A DNA stretch of 64,000 nucleotides, from NCBI GenBank assembly GCA_963764625.1, contig CAVXTH010000009.1, positions 32,001 to 96,000 of the forward strand, in the 5' to 3' direction. The stretch's first letter is position 1, and each line of letters starts with the position of its first letter. Positions 10,284 to 18,872 of this stretch are shown in pieces. The notes beneath the pieces are model-generated. The model was not told where the DNA came from, ran no database searches, and was given only the letters and a program-made list of their open reading frames with translations. The stretch comes from Candidatus Krumholzibacteriota bacterium. Its GTDB lineage: Bacteria > Krumholzibacteriota > Krumholzibacteriia > JAJRXK01. Position numbers and translations under genes: made by a program.

Positions 10284-11621
10284 TCAGTCTCCGGATCCCA
10301 TGCCCCCTCGGTCGTGCGGCACGACGACCTCGACCGTGGTCTCGTCGCCAATGCCTGACTCGAGATTCTCACAGCGCAAACGGATCGTGTAGACGCGATC
10401 CATCCCGGTGCCCGAACGCTCGGCGCGCAGCTTCAGACTGCCGTCCGCGTCGATCACCCAGTCGGGGGATGTATTTCCGTCTCCGAGGCCGTTGACCGGT
10501 TCGTTGCTGGTGACTTCCAGAACGGTACAGTTCAAATCCAAACCGCACTCGTTTTGGCTCTGAACATCGAAGGAAATGTCGACCATCTTGTGATTCGGTG
10601 GCCAAAGGACGCTCGGTTGCGCCGTGGCGCCGAGGATGGTCACATCCGAGGCTTCGACGGTGACATCGAAACTGCAGGCGCTTTCGTTACCAGCTGCGTC
10701 CGTCGCGGTGACGTTGACAGTGGTGGTTCCCACCGGGAAAACGCTGCCCGAGGCGGGGTCGGAAGTGACCACGGGTGCCTCGTCGCAGTTGTCGGTCGCC
10801 ACCACGTTGTAGTTGAAGACCATACCATCCGGCATCGAGCACTTCAGCACGGTGTCGGCGGGACAGTCGATCATCGGCGCTTCCGTGTCGGCTTCGACGA
10901 TCACGTCGAAGCTACACGTGCTCGCGTTGCCCGAAGCGTCGGTGGCGGTGCAGGTGACCGTGGTCGTGCCCGGACGGAACTTGCTTCCCGAAGGTGGATC
11001 ACAGACCACTACGGGAGCTTCATCGCAATCATCCGTCGCGGTTAGCTCGAACTCCAGGACCACGCCTGCGGTGTCCGCGCAGGAGAAGGTGGTGTCGTCG
11101 GGACATTCGATAACCGGAGCGAACTCGTCCGCTGCGAACACCGGTGGAGTGGGAAGGAAGTCGACTTCACGCGCAGTCTCAGCTGCGGTCTCCCAGGCGC
11201 TCAAGAGGCCTGACAAATAGGCCAGATAGGCTTGGGTGGTCGTTGCTTCGGGATCGAATGCGTCGACCGCGCCCAGGGGATCAGTCTCGAGCTGCCCGTT
11301 GACGGCAGCTTGCCACTGCTGCAAGACCGGCACCAGCTGGGCGAGGTAGTCGGCGACCGAACCACCATCCCAAGCGGGCGCGTCGTTCAGGGTCGCGTCG
11401 GGAAGCCAGGCCGCCAGGGAGTCCTGCCACACGGGCAGGGCGGTCGAAAGTTCGTCGAGGAAAGTGATTTCGCCGCAGACCGGAACATCGAGGAGAGCCT
11501 TGCTGCTGATCTGCGTGAACGGGGGCGTGGAAGTGGGAGATTGGGAATTATCACTACAGCCGTAGATGGCGGCTGTAGCGACAAGAGTCACCAAAGCCAG
11601 CCGTGCCATCAACTTGAACAT
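10284..11621 (-). CDS. HYR-domain lipoprotein with C-terminal 'LWPPNHK' domain
   Basis: Lipobox IYG-C; two HYR domains (CDPPSGSKFRPGTTTVTCTATDASGN; FPVGTTTVNVTATDAAGN); C-terminal PSVLWPPNHKMV...LRAERSG...RVYTI...VVVPHD. Confidence 0.8.
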   Translation of the reverse strand: MFKLMARLALVTLVATAAIYGCSDNSQSPTSTPPFTQISSKALLDVPVCGEITFLDELSTALPVWQDSLAAWLPDATLNDAPAWDGGSVADYLAQLVPVLQQWQAAVNGQLETDPLGAVDAFDPEATTTQAYLAYLSGLLSAWETAAETAREVDFLPTPPVFAADEFAPVIECPDDTTFSCADTAGVVLEFELTATDDCDEAPVVVCDPPSGSKFRPGTTTVTCTATDASGNASTCSFDVIVEADTEAPMIDCPADTVLKCSMPDGMVFNYNVVATDNCDEAPVVTSDPASGSVFPVGTTTVNVTATDAAGNESACSFDVTVEASDVTILGATAQPSVLWPPNHKMVDISFDVQSQNECGLDLNCTVLEVTSNEPVNGLGDGNTSPDWVIDADGSLKLRAERSGTGMDRVYTIRLRCENLESGIGDETTVEVVVPHDRGGMGSGD

Positions 11622-11768
11622 GATTCGTCCCCTTGCTGAAGTTGCGAGTCCTGCGTGATAGGGAAGCAGTGGCGCTCCATGAGCGTTGGGACCTCACGGG
11701 AGCACTGGAGCATCATACCGCACCCAATGCCAGATGAAAAGGTCCTTAGGTAGAGGGAAAGGGGCGCT

Positions 11769-14426
11769 TTACCAGCTACGCCAGCCGGTTCTCACGCGAA
11801 TCGCGGGATTGTATCCGCCACTTTCAGCGATCGAGACCAAGGAGAGTCCATCCGGCGAGAGGTCGTAGGCATTTCTCAGGTAGCCCACGTGGGGCGAGGG
11901 CAGGGGCATTACCGGCGAGGGAGAAGAAAATTCGATTCCATCACTCGTATCCTTGACCTTGGAGACCATCAGGTTTCCCGTCAAACTCCGGTAGTAGAGC
12001 TTTCCGCCATCGTGAGTCCAGGATGGATCGCTGCCGCCGCTCACCGAAACCGTCAGCTGCTTCAGTTTGGGTCCTCCCTTTACCGGGGAGACATAGACTT
12101 CAGTTTGTCCGCTGGCGTTGCTCTCGAAGGCGAACCAGCGTGAATCCGGCGAGAAGCGGGCGAAGGAATACAGACTGGAGTCTTCGTGCAACAGCGTCCA
12201 TTCCAGGGTCTCCTTTCCCAAGGAGCCCAGGTAGAGCTCGGTACTCTGGCTTGCGCTGCGGCCTCCGACGAGGATCCAGTTTCCATCGGCGGAGCAATCC
12301 ATAACTGCGAGGTCATTGAGACCCTCCGGGACAGCCAGACTCTCCGCAGCATGCCCCCCGTTCACCTTCTTGCGGTACGCCCCCCACCCTCCCGAATCCT
12401 CAAGAGTGTCGTAGTACAGAAATTCCCCATCCGCCGACCAGGTCGGGCTGTCGGCCATGCGTCCGCGCTCTGATATCAGGGTCCTCGTGCCGCGGTTGAG
12501 GTCGTGAATCCAAATCAGACGTTCATCGGAGCTCACCTGGTCCTCGAACGCGAGCAAGTTGCCATCGGGAGAAATTCGCGGGTTTCGATAGCGCTCGGTG
12601 GCCAAGAGCTGTTTTTGGGCGGAACCGTCGAGCATGTGTTGCTCGATGACCGTCTCTCCCGAATCACTCTGAAAGGCGAGTAGGCCATTCGCGGACACAG
12701 TAAGGGCGCATTCGTGATCGTCGCCGAAGGGTTGAATTTGCTCCTGGACCAGGCGGCGCGGACCCGTGAATTCACGATGCGAGAAATCGAAGGGCCGCGC
12801 GAAGAGTTGCGAATCGTGGCTCCATAGAAGAGCTCCCTTGGGGTCGACGAAGATCGCCGATCGTATGTTCTTCTCGAGGATCTTCTTTTCCTTTCCGTCC
12901 AACGAACATTCGTAGAGCCGGTGGCCGTCGTCACTCGATGCATCGGCAAGAAACACGAAGTGCTGACCATCGGGCAGAAAGGCGGGCCAGCAGTGGTTGT
13001 TTTCTTCGCCTTCGATGACGGTGGTGATGGCCTCAATGCCCTCTCCGTTAGCGGGAACCCGGTAGATCGGTCCCTCCTTGGTGCCCACGAGGATGATGTC
13101 ACGCTGATTCCACGTCCCACCCATGGGCGACTCGTGAATCGTCGCAACCTTGCTGGCCGCGTTTCCATCGAGGGTCGTGCGGTAGACGCCGTCCTGGATG
13201 AAGAATCCGATGTTCTTACCGTCGCTCGACCAGAAGGGTTGCCTTCCGCCGTGGGTGCCGCGCAACAGGCGTGACTCGTCTTCGTCGAGACGCCGGATCC
13301 AGAGGTCCTGGCCGCCGAGCGAATCCCGTCGCGCATAGATGAGATGGGTGCCGTTGGGGGACAGGGCCAAAGATCCGGTGACCAGTCGACCGATATCGTC
13401 GGGGATATCGAACATCAACGGTGGCAGGCCCGTGTCAGCGGGCGGTGCAGTGAGCAGCCGGCTTCCCAAAAAACCCACTCCGAACGTGAGCATGATCGCC
13501 AGCATCCAGGGCCAGAGCTTGACCAGCCCGCTTGCGCCGCCTTTCGCGGAATCGGTGGCGCCAATCGGCTGAAGCATCGTTTCGTTGTCGTCCAGGGCGA
13601 TGCGTGCCTCGCCGATATCCCGCAGACGCAGCTGAGCATCCTTGTGCAGGCAGCGTCGCATGAGAGAACGTAGCGAAGGTGGGGTGTCGTTCGGCAGCTC
13701 CTCCCAAACGATCTCACGCAGCAGCACGCTGGCGAGCGTCTCGCTGATCGTCTCGGCCTGAAAGAGTGGCTTGCCGCTCAGCATCTCGTAGAGGATCACA
13801 CCGAAAGCCCAGATGTCGGCGCGCTTGTCGATCGATTTGCCCTTGGCCTGCTCGGGGCTCATGTAGGCGGCGGTTCCAAGGATGGTCCCGGCCTGGGTCA
13901 TGGCGGCCGTGATAGTGGGGGAGTTCGCGATGTTCCCCTCATCTTCCGAGTCGCTGGAATACGCGCGCGCCAGACCGAAGTCGAGGATCTTCACCTTGCC
14001 CTCGGGCGTGATCTTGATGTTGGCCGGCTTGAGGTCACGGTGGACGATGCCGCGTTCGTGCGCGGCCTCCAGCCCTTCAGCGATCTGCCGGGCGATTGCG
14101 ATGACTTCGTCAGTGGGAATGCGCCCGTGCTGCATCCGTGCCGCGAGGTCTTCACCCGCCACGAGCTCCATGACCAAAAAGCGAACCCCGGCGTCCTCTT
14201 CGAAACCATAGATGGAGGCGATGTTGGGATGCTGCAGGGTCGCGAGAGTGCGGGCCTCTCGTTCGAAGCGGGCGACGCGCTCCGGGTCGCTGGAGAGACT
14301 CAATGGAAGGATCTTCAACGCGACTTCGCGCTCGAGGTGAGTATCACGAGCGCGATAGACCTCACCCATACCACCCTTACCAATGAGATCGAGAACCTCG
14401 TAGTGGGCCAAAGACTTACCGATCAC
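11769..14426 (-). CDS. Hanks-type Ser/Thr protein kinase with TM helix and TolB/PD40-like beta-propeller
   Basis: GKGGMGEVY, VALK, HRDLKPAN, DFGLA, GTAAYMSPEQ, DIWAFG; TM segment near residue 305; SPDG/PD40 repeats. Confidence 0.93.
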   Translation of the reverse strand: MIGKSLAHYEVLDLIGKGGMGEVYRARDTHLEREVALKILPLSLSSDPERVARFEREARTLATLQHPNIASIYGFEEDAGVRFLVMELVAGEDLAARMQHGRIPTDEVIAIARQIAEGLEAAHERGIVHRDLKPANIKITPEGKVKILDFGLARAYSSDSEDEGNIANSPTITAAMTQAGTILGTAAYMSPEQAKGKSIDKRADIWAFGVILYEMLSGKPLFQAETISETLASVLLREIVWEELPNDTPPSLRSLMRRCLHKDAQLRLRDIGEARIALDDNETMLQPIGATDSAKGGASGLVKLWPWMLAIMLTFGVGFLGSRLLTAPPADTGLPPLMFDIPDDIGRLVTGSLALSPNGTHLIYARRDSLGGQDLWIRRLDEDESRLLRGTHGGRQPFWSSDGKNIGFFIQDGVYRTTLDGNAASKVATIHESPMGGTWNQRDIILVGTKEGPIYRVPANGEGIEAITTVIEGEENNHCWPAFLPDGQHFVFLADASSDDGHRLYECSLDGKEKKILEKNIRSAIFVDPKGALLWSHDSQLFARPFDFSHREFTGPRRLVQEQIQPFGDDHECALTVSANGLLAFQSDSGETVIEQHMLDGSAQKQLLATERYRNPRISPDGNLLAFEDQVSSDERLIWIHDLNRGTRTLISERGRMADSPTWSADGEFLYYDTLEDSGGWGAYRKKVNGGHAAESLAVPEGLNDLAVMDCSADGNWILVGGRSASQSTELYLGSLGKETLEWTLLHEDSSLYSFARFSPDSRWFAFESNASGQTEVYVSPVKGGPKLKQLTVSVSGGSDPSWTHDGGKLYYRSLTGNLMVSKVKDTSDGIEFSSPSPVMPLPSPHVGYLRNAYDLSPDGLSLVSIAESGGYNPAIRVRTGWRSW

Positions 14427-14703
14427 GACTGCTCCGTGCTGCAGTTCGAGGAGGAGGATTGGCGGTGTTGGTCGACGAAGCGGGGAACGCGACCGGCCTG
14501 ACCCGGGCGTGGTCCTGATTGTACGGGAGGAAGAGACACCTCACTAGCGCAAAATGGCCGGAGGGACGGCTCTGGCGTCGTGGTCAGGTGGGCGGCTTTC
14601 CTGATCGACCCAATTCACTTACACTATTCCTTTGTCTCTGGATTCACCCCCAGCGTAGTCGATGGCTGGGTGCTCCCCTACAACGTCTCGAGGATGATTC
14701 CAC

Positions 14704-15183
14704 ATGACTCACCTGTCGACCGCTGAAGGCCTCAAGAAGCTCAAGAAGGAGATCGAGGAACTCGAGCGCCACATCAAGATCGAGATTCCCCGCGATCTCG
14801 CGGCGGCGGCGGCCCACGGTGATCTACGGGAAAATGCCGAGTACGCGGCGGCCAAGGACAAGCAGTCCCTGGCGATGGCCCGGTTGAAGGAGCTGCGCGA
14901 GCGCGTCCGGCACGCCGAGGTCGTGGACAGGCGAGATTTTCCCGAGGACATCGTCACTCTGCTCAAGCGGGTCCGCATCAGGGATGTGGAGACGGGCACC
15001 ATGGAGGAGTACACGATCCTGGGTGACGCTGACGCCGATCACGAGAATGGAATCATCAGTTACAATTCTCCGCTGGCGGCCTCGCTCATCGGTCACAAGA
15101 AGGGCGATGTGCTCGACGCCGAGCTTCCCGGCACCACTCGCCGCTTTGAAATTCTCGACTTCGAGTTTTTCAAAGGCGCCTGA
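14704..15183 (+). CDS. greA: Transcription elongation factor GreA
   Basis: HGDLRENAEYAAAK catalytic loop, ISYNSPLAASLIG, 159 aa. Confidence 0.92.
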   Translation: MTHLSTAEGLKKLKKEIEELERHIKIEIPRDLAAAAAHGDLRENAEYAAAKDKQSLAMARLKELRERVRHAEVVDRRDFPEDIVTLLKRVRIRDVETGTMEEYTILGDADADHENGIISYNSPLAASLIGHKKGDVLDAELPGTTRRFEILDFEFFKGA

Positions 15184-15254
15184 GGGACTTTCTGCAACCT
15201 CTTCTGCTGTTCTTTGCCGTCTGCTTACAGGAAGCAGTGGACTGCATCGATCTG

Positions 15255-17933
15255 TCAACGTACCAACACTGCTGGCCAGTTCTGGATCAGGGTTGCACCC
15301 ACGAGGCTCTTGTCGGCGGGAGGAAGCTCGTTGGTGAGTATCTGCTGTCCATCCTTGGAAACCGCGAAGCTGGCATCCACGCCGGTCAGACTCAGGGTGA
15401 ACAAGTTCTGGGGCTTGCCGAACGAGAAGGCACCCTTGTTGGAAATGGGAACGGACAGAAGCGAGCCGCTTCTCAGATAGAAAACCTCCTGTCCGTCGCT
15501 ACGCCACGTGGGCAAGATCCCGGCACCGGGGCCCCCGTCGGTCGAGATCATCCACTGGCCCTTTGCGTCAGGAAAAGACTGCACGTAGACCTCGAGGTTT
15601 CCGGTCTTGTTACAGCTGTATGCGAGCCATTTGCCATCGGGTGAGAGCCTCGCGCCCTCATAGCTATCCTCCCCGGAGAGGACGGGCTTCGCTTTCTTGC
15701 TCCGCAGATCCAGTGCCCAGATTTCGCCCCCAGTTTCCGCATCCAGACGGTTGAAGAAGATCAACCGCCCATCATTCGACCAATCGGTCAACCAGATCTG
15801 CGTCGAGTCCGTATAGACCAGACTGGCCTCCCCTTGCCCCGAAGTTGGGCGCAGGTAGATCTCGGCCACCGCTTTCCTAGAAGAGATGAATGACACCTGG
15901 CTACCATCGGGTGACCAGAGCGGACATCGATCATCCGCGGGATCGAAGGTGAAGCGGGTCTGCATTCCCTTTTCCTGGCCGAGAATCCAGATGTCACACG
16001 CGTCCTGGCCGACCGCGAGGGCGAGCCGGGCGTCGTCTCGAGACAGGCTGAAATCAGCGTAGCTGGAAGGCTTGCCTAAAGTACGCAGTACCTTTCCTTC
16101 GCGGTTACGCCAGCGCAATACCGTCTGCGCCGCTCCTACCCCCCTCATGTGAACGAGCAGAGTCTGCGACACCCCGAACTGCGCGCCACCCCAGGAAATG
16201 CCACCTCCAGGGATATCGGTGGCTACCGGCATGGGATCGCCGACGAAGTCCAATGAAGAGAGATCAAAAGGGCGAGCCATCAGTGTGCGTCCGGCGCGGT
16301 ACAGGAGATTGCCGTGAGCGTAGAGCGCACGGGATTCGGAGTTCATGAGATATCGCGAGTCCTTCGAGTCGAGGGAGCCCAGAGCGACACCGCTCGTTGT
16401 GCTCTTGCGCAAGTTCGTCGTACAGACGATGTAATACAAAAAGTGTGTGCCATCGGGCAGAAATTGCGGCCATCGATGGGCGACTTCGAATCGATCCTTG
16501 CTCAGAGTAGTCAGCGGTTCCGGGGTTCCCCCGCTGGATGGGACTCTCATCAGCGCTTCATTCCAGGCCTTCTGAAAGATGATGACGCCCTGGTTGTTCC
16601 ACGCACCTCCCCGTCCGCTATCGGTGGCATCGCACAGGGGAACGACCGGTCCGCCCCGTGCTTCGATCTTGTTGAGCTTGCCGTTGGCGAAGAAGCCCAG
16701 CCATCGTCCGTCCGGCGACCAGAACGGATACTGGGCCCCCATGGTGCCCGCGAGTTCGTGTGGCTTGGGCAAAGTGAGGTCGCGGATCCAGATGCTGTTC
16801 GTCCCCGACGCGACCGTATCGTTATTGGGCAACGCTACTGCGACGAAGGCGACGCGCGACTCGTCTGGACTCACGGCAAAGGGCGACCCCGGCGCGAAAT
16901 CCCAACCGACAGGCGGCAGCAGGGTCGACTGAACCAGGGGCTGGCTTGTGCCCTGCGTTCGATGCATAGAAGTCACGCCCACCACGGCCACGAGTGCGAG
17001 TACCGCGATGATCCAGAGCAAGCGTTCCCGCCGAAAGCCGGAACTTTTCCCGGCAGCAATCTGATCTGCGGATTCGTCGCTTCGACCCGCCTTCAGATCC
17101 TCTAATGCGATGCGAGCCTCCGCGATGGCCTGGAGGCGGCGCGAGGCATCGCGCTCGAGACAACGCTTCAACAGACCTCGCAGGCTGGGCTGAGTGTTCT
17201 TGGGAAGTTGATCCCATGGGATCTCCGCGCGCAGCACCCCGGCCAGGGTATCGGAAACGGTCTCACCCTCGAATAGACGTTCTCCGCTCAACATCTCGAA
17301 GAGCACGACCCCGAAGGCCCAGATGTCAGCCCGGTGATCAGCCCGCTTGCCTCGGGCCTGCTCGGGAGACATGTATGCTGCCGTCCCCAGAATGACTCCC
17401 GCCTGGGTCATGGCGGTGAGGGTGGGGGAGTTGGCCAGATCGGAGTCTGAACCGAAGTCATCCGCATAGGCGCGCGCGAGACCGAAATCGAGGATCTTGA
17501 GCTTTCCGTCCGACGAAATCTTGATGTTGGCCGGTTTGAGATCGCGATGAATCACGCCCACGGCATGGGCCGCCGCGAGACCTTCCGCCAATTGAATCGC
17601 CAGGTCGACCGCTTCGTCGAGGGGGATCGGTCCCCGTGACAGGCGTTCGCTCAAGTCCTCGCCCTCGACGAGCTCCATGACGAGGAAACGGACCTTGTCC
17701 TGGGTTTCGAAACCGTAGATGCTGGCGATGTTGGAATGCTGGAGCGTAGCGAGCGTACGGGCTTCGCGATCGAACCGCGCCAGTCGCTCCGGATCACCTG
17801 ACATCTCTTGGGGAAGAACCTTGATCGCGACCTCACGCCCCAGCTTGGTGTCGCGAGCACGGTAGACCTCGCCCATCCCGCCTTTGCCGAGGGGAGCGAG
17901 GATGTCGTAGTGGGCCAGGTTCTTGGGGATCAA
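15255..17933 (-). CDS. Hanks-type Ser/Thr protein kinase with TM helix and TolB/PD40-like beta-propeller (paralog of 11769-14426)
   Basis: GKGGMGEVY, VAIK, HRDLKPAN, DFGLA, GTAAYMSPEQ; TM segment; PFWSPDG, LSPDGKWLAY. Confidence 0.93.
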   Translation of the reverse strand: MIPKNLAHYDILAPLGKGGMGEVYRARDTKLGREVAIKVLPQEMSGDPERLARFDREARTLATLQHSNIASIYGFETQDKVRFLVMELVEGEDLSERLSRGPIPLDEAVDLAIQLAEGLAAAHAVGVIHRDLKPANIKISSDGKLKILDFGLARAYADDFGSDSDLANSPTLTAMTQAGVILGTAAYMSPEQARGKRADHRADIWAFGVVLFEMLSGERLFEGETVSDTLAGVLRAEIPWDQLPKNTQPSLRGLLKRCLERDASRRLQAIAEARIALEDLKAGRSDESADQIAAGKSSGFRRERLLWIIAVLALVAVVGVTSMHRTQGTSQPLVQSTLLPPVGWDFAPGSPFAVSPDESRVAFVAVALPNNDTVASGTNSIWIRDLTLPKPHELAGTMGAQYPFWSPDGRWLGFFANGKLNKIEARGGPVVPLCDATDSGRGGAWNNQGVIIFQKAWNEALMRVPSSGGTPEPLTTLSKDRFEVAHRWPQFLPDGTHFLYYIVCTTNLRKSTTSGVALGSLDSKDSRYLMNSESRALYAHGNLLYRAGRTLMARPFDLSSLDFVGDPMPVATDIPGGGISWGGAQFGVSQTLLVHMRGVGAAQTVLRWRNREGKVLRTLGKPSSYADFSLSRDDARLALAVGQDACDIWILGQEKGMQTRFTFDPADDRCPLWSPDGSQVSFISSRKAVAEIYLRPTSGQGEASLVYTDSTQIWLTDWSNDGRLIFFNRLDAETGGEIWALDLRSKKAKPVLSGEDSYEGARLSPDGKWLAYSCNKTGNLEVYVQSFPDAKGQWMISTDGGPGAGILPTWRSDGQEVFYLRSGSLLSVPISNKGAFSFGKPQNLFTLSLTGVDASFAVSKDGQQILTNELPPADKSLVGATLIQNWPAVLVR

Positions 17934-18272
17934 GGTGAACTCTGAAAATTATGAGTGCGCCTGAGCTTAGGGGGCTTTCGGCACCCTGTCAACGAAAGGC
18001 AATGCACGGTCATGGCACGTCCCATTCCGGCCCGAATCATCAAGTACCAGAGTAACAGACCCACTTGTCGTCGTCCCGTTGGAAAGTGATCTGGTCGCTC
18101 CAAAATCGCAACTCAGGGATACTGGATATGATATATGCTTGATGATGACAGGTCTTGGGGGAGCGATCCCCTGAACGCCGAATGAGCGGCGCAGCGGTAA
18201 TTCGCGTCCGTATCAACAGGCCGGGTGTTGGTGTTCTTGCTTTTTCCTTCGGAAAATCAGGGTGCGCTGGCT

Positions 18273-18818
18273 ATGTGGAAAAGGGCAATTCTCGCAATCG
18301 TCTTTTTGGCTCTCGGCAGCAGTACGGCTCGCGGAGTCACCGAAATTCGATCGGCCGTCATCTCCGCCGGCGGCACTCCAATTGAATTCGGCAACCAGGC
18401 GCTGATGGCAACGATCGGGCAGCCACTGCACTCAGTAGTGACAGCGTCTGGTTTTGAAATCAAGGACGGCTTCTGGAATCTGGTTCCCCTTTCAGGGACA
18501 GCGACTTCGGTGGGAACTGACCTTCTGCCTAGACCGATTCGCTACATCCTGCATCAAAACACGCCCAACCCATTCAATCCATTGACAGCCATTCGCTTTG
18601 AATTGCCGCACGACGTGGATCGGCTGAATCTGAATCTATACGACATCCGCGGCAGGCATGTCGTCACTCTTTACGACGGCCCAGAAACGGTAGGCGTGAA
18701 GTCTATCACCTGGCGGGGTACGGACAGTAATGGCCGAGCGGTTTCGAGCGGATCGTACTTCTTCGTCATGAGCACATCGGATTTTCGTTCCGTGCTGAAG
18801 ATGATGCTTGTTCGCTGA
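18273..18818 (+). CDS. Small secreted protein: short 'GG..TIGQP..GFW' domain plus FlgD-Ig/T9SS-like CTD
   Basis: Signal peptide MWKRAILAIVFLALGSSTARG; SAGG...ATIGQP...DGFWN; QNTPNPFNP, YDIRGR, WRGTDSNGRAVSSGSYF, KMMLVR. Confidence 0.8.
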   Translation: MWKRAILAIVFLALGSSTARGVTEIRSAVISAGGTPIEFGNQALMATIGQPLHSVVTASGFEIKDGFWNLVPLSGTATSVGTDLLPRPIRYILHQNTPNPFNPLTAIRFELPHDVDRLNLNLYDIRGRHVVTLYDGPETVGVKSITWRGTDSNGRAVSSGSYFFVMSTSDFRSVLKMMLVR

Positions 18819-18872
18819 TCGCGCCGCTTCCTCCTACGAAGCGATGAACATCTTCTTGTCAGAGGTATCGCC

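Noticed and set aside
10113-10495. C-terminal extension of the 1305-aa ORF 6578..10495
   Set aside because: Arg/Pro-rich read-through caused by the frameshift near 10015; it crosses a hairpin and overlaps the convergent HYR gene; the true CTD ends at 10112
14645-14672. Hairpin in the greA leader (CCCAGC...GCTGGG) as an attenuator like E. coli GraL
   Set aside because: Short stem with no U-tract; likely by chance in GC-rich DNA
17934-18272. ncRNA or riboswitch in the longer intergenic regions (also 32400-32702 and 14427-14703)
   Set aside because: No tRNA cloverleaf or riboswitch consensus recognisable by eye; an Rfam/Infernal scan would be needed to exclude this fully
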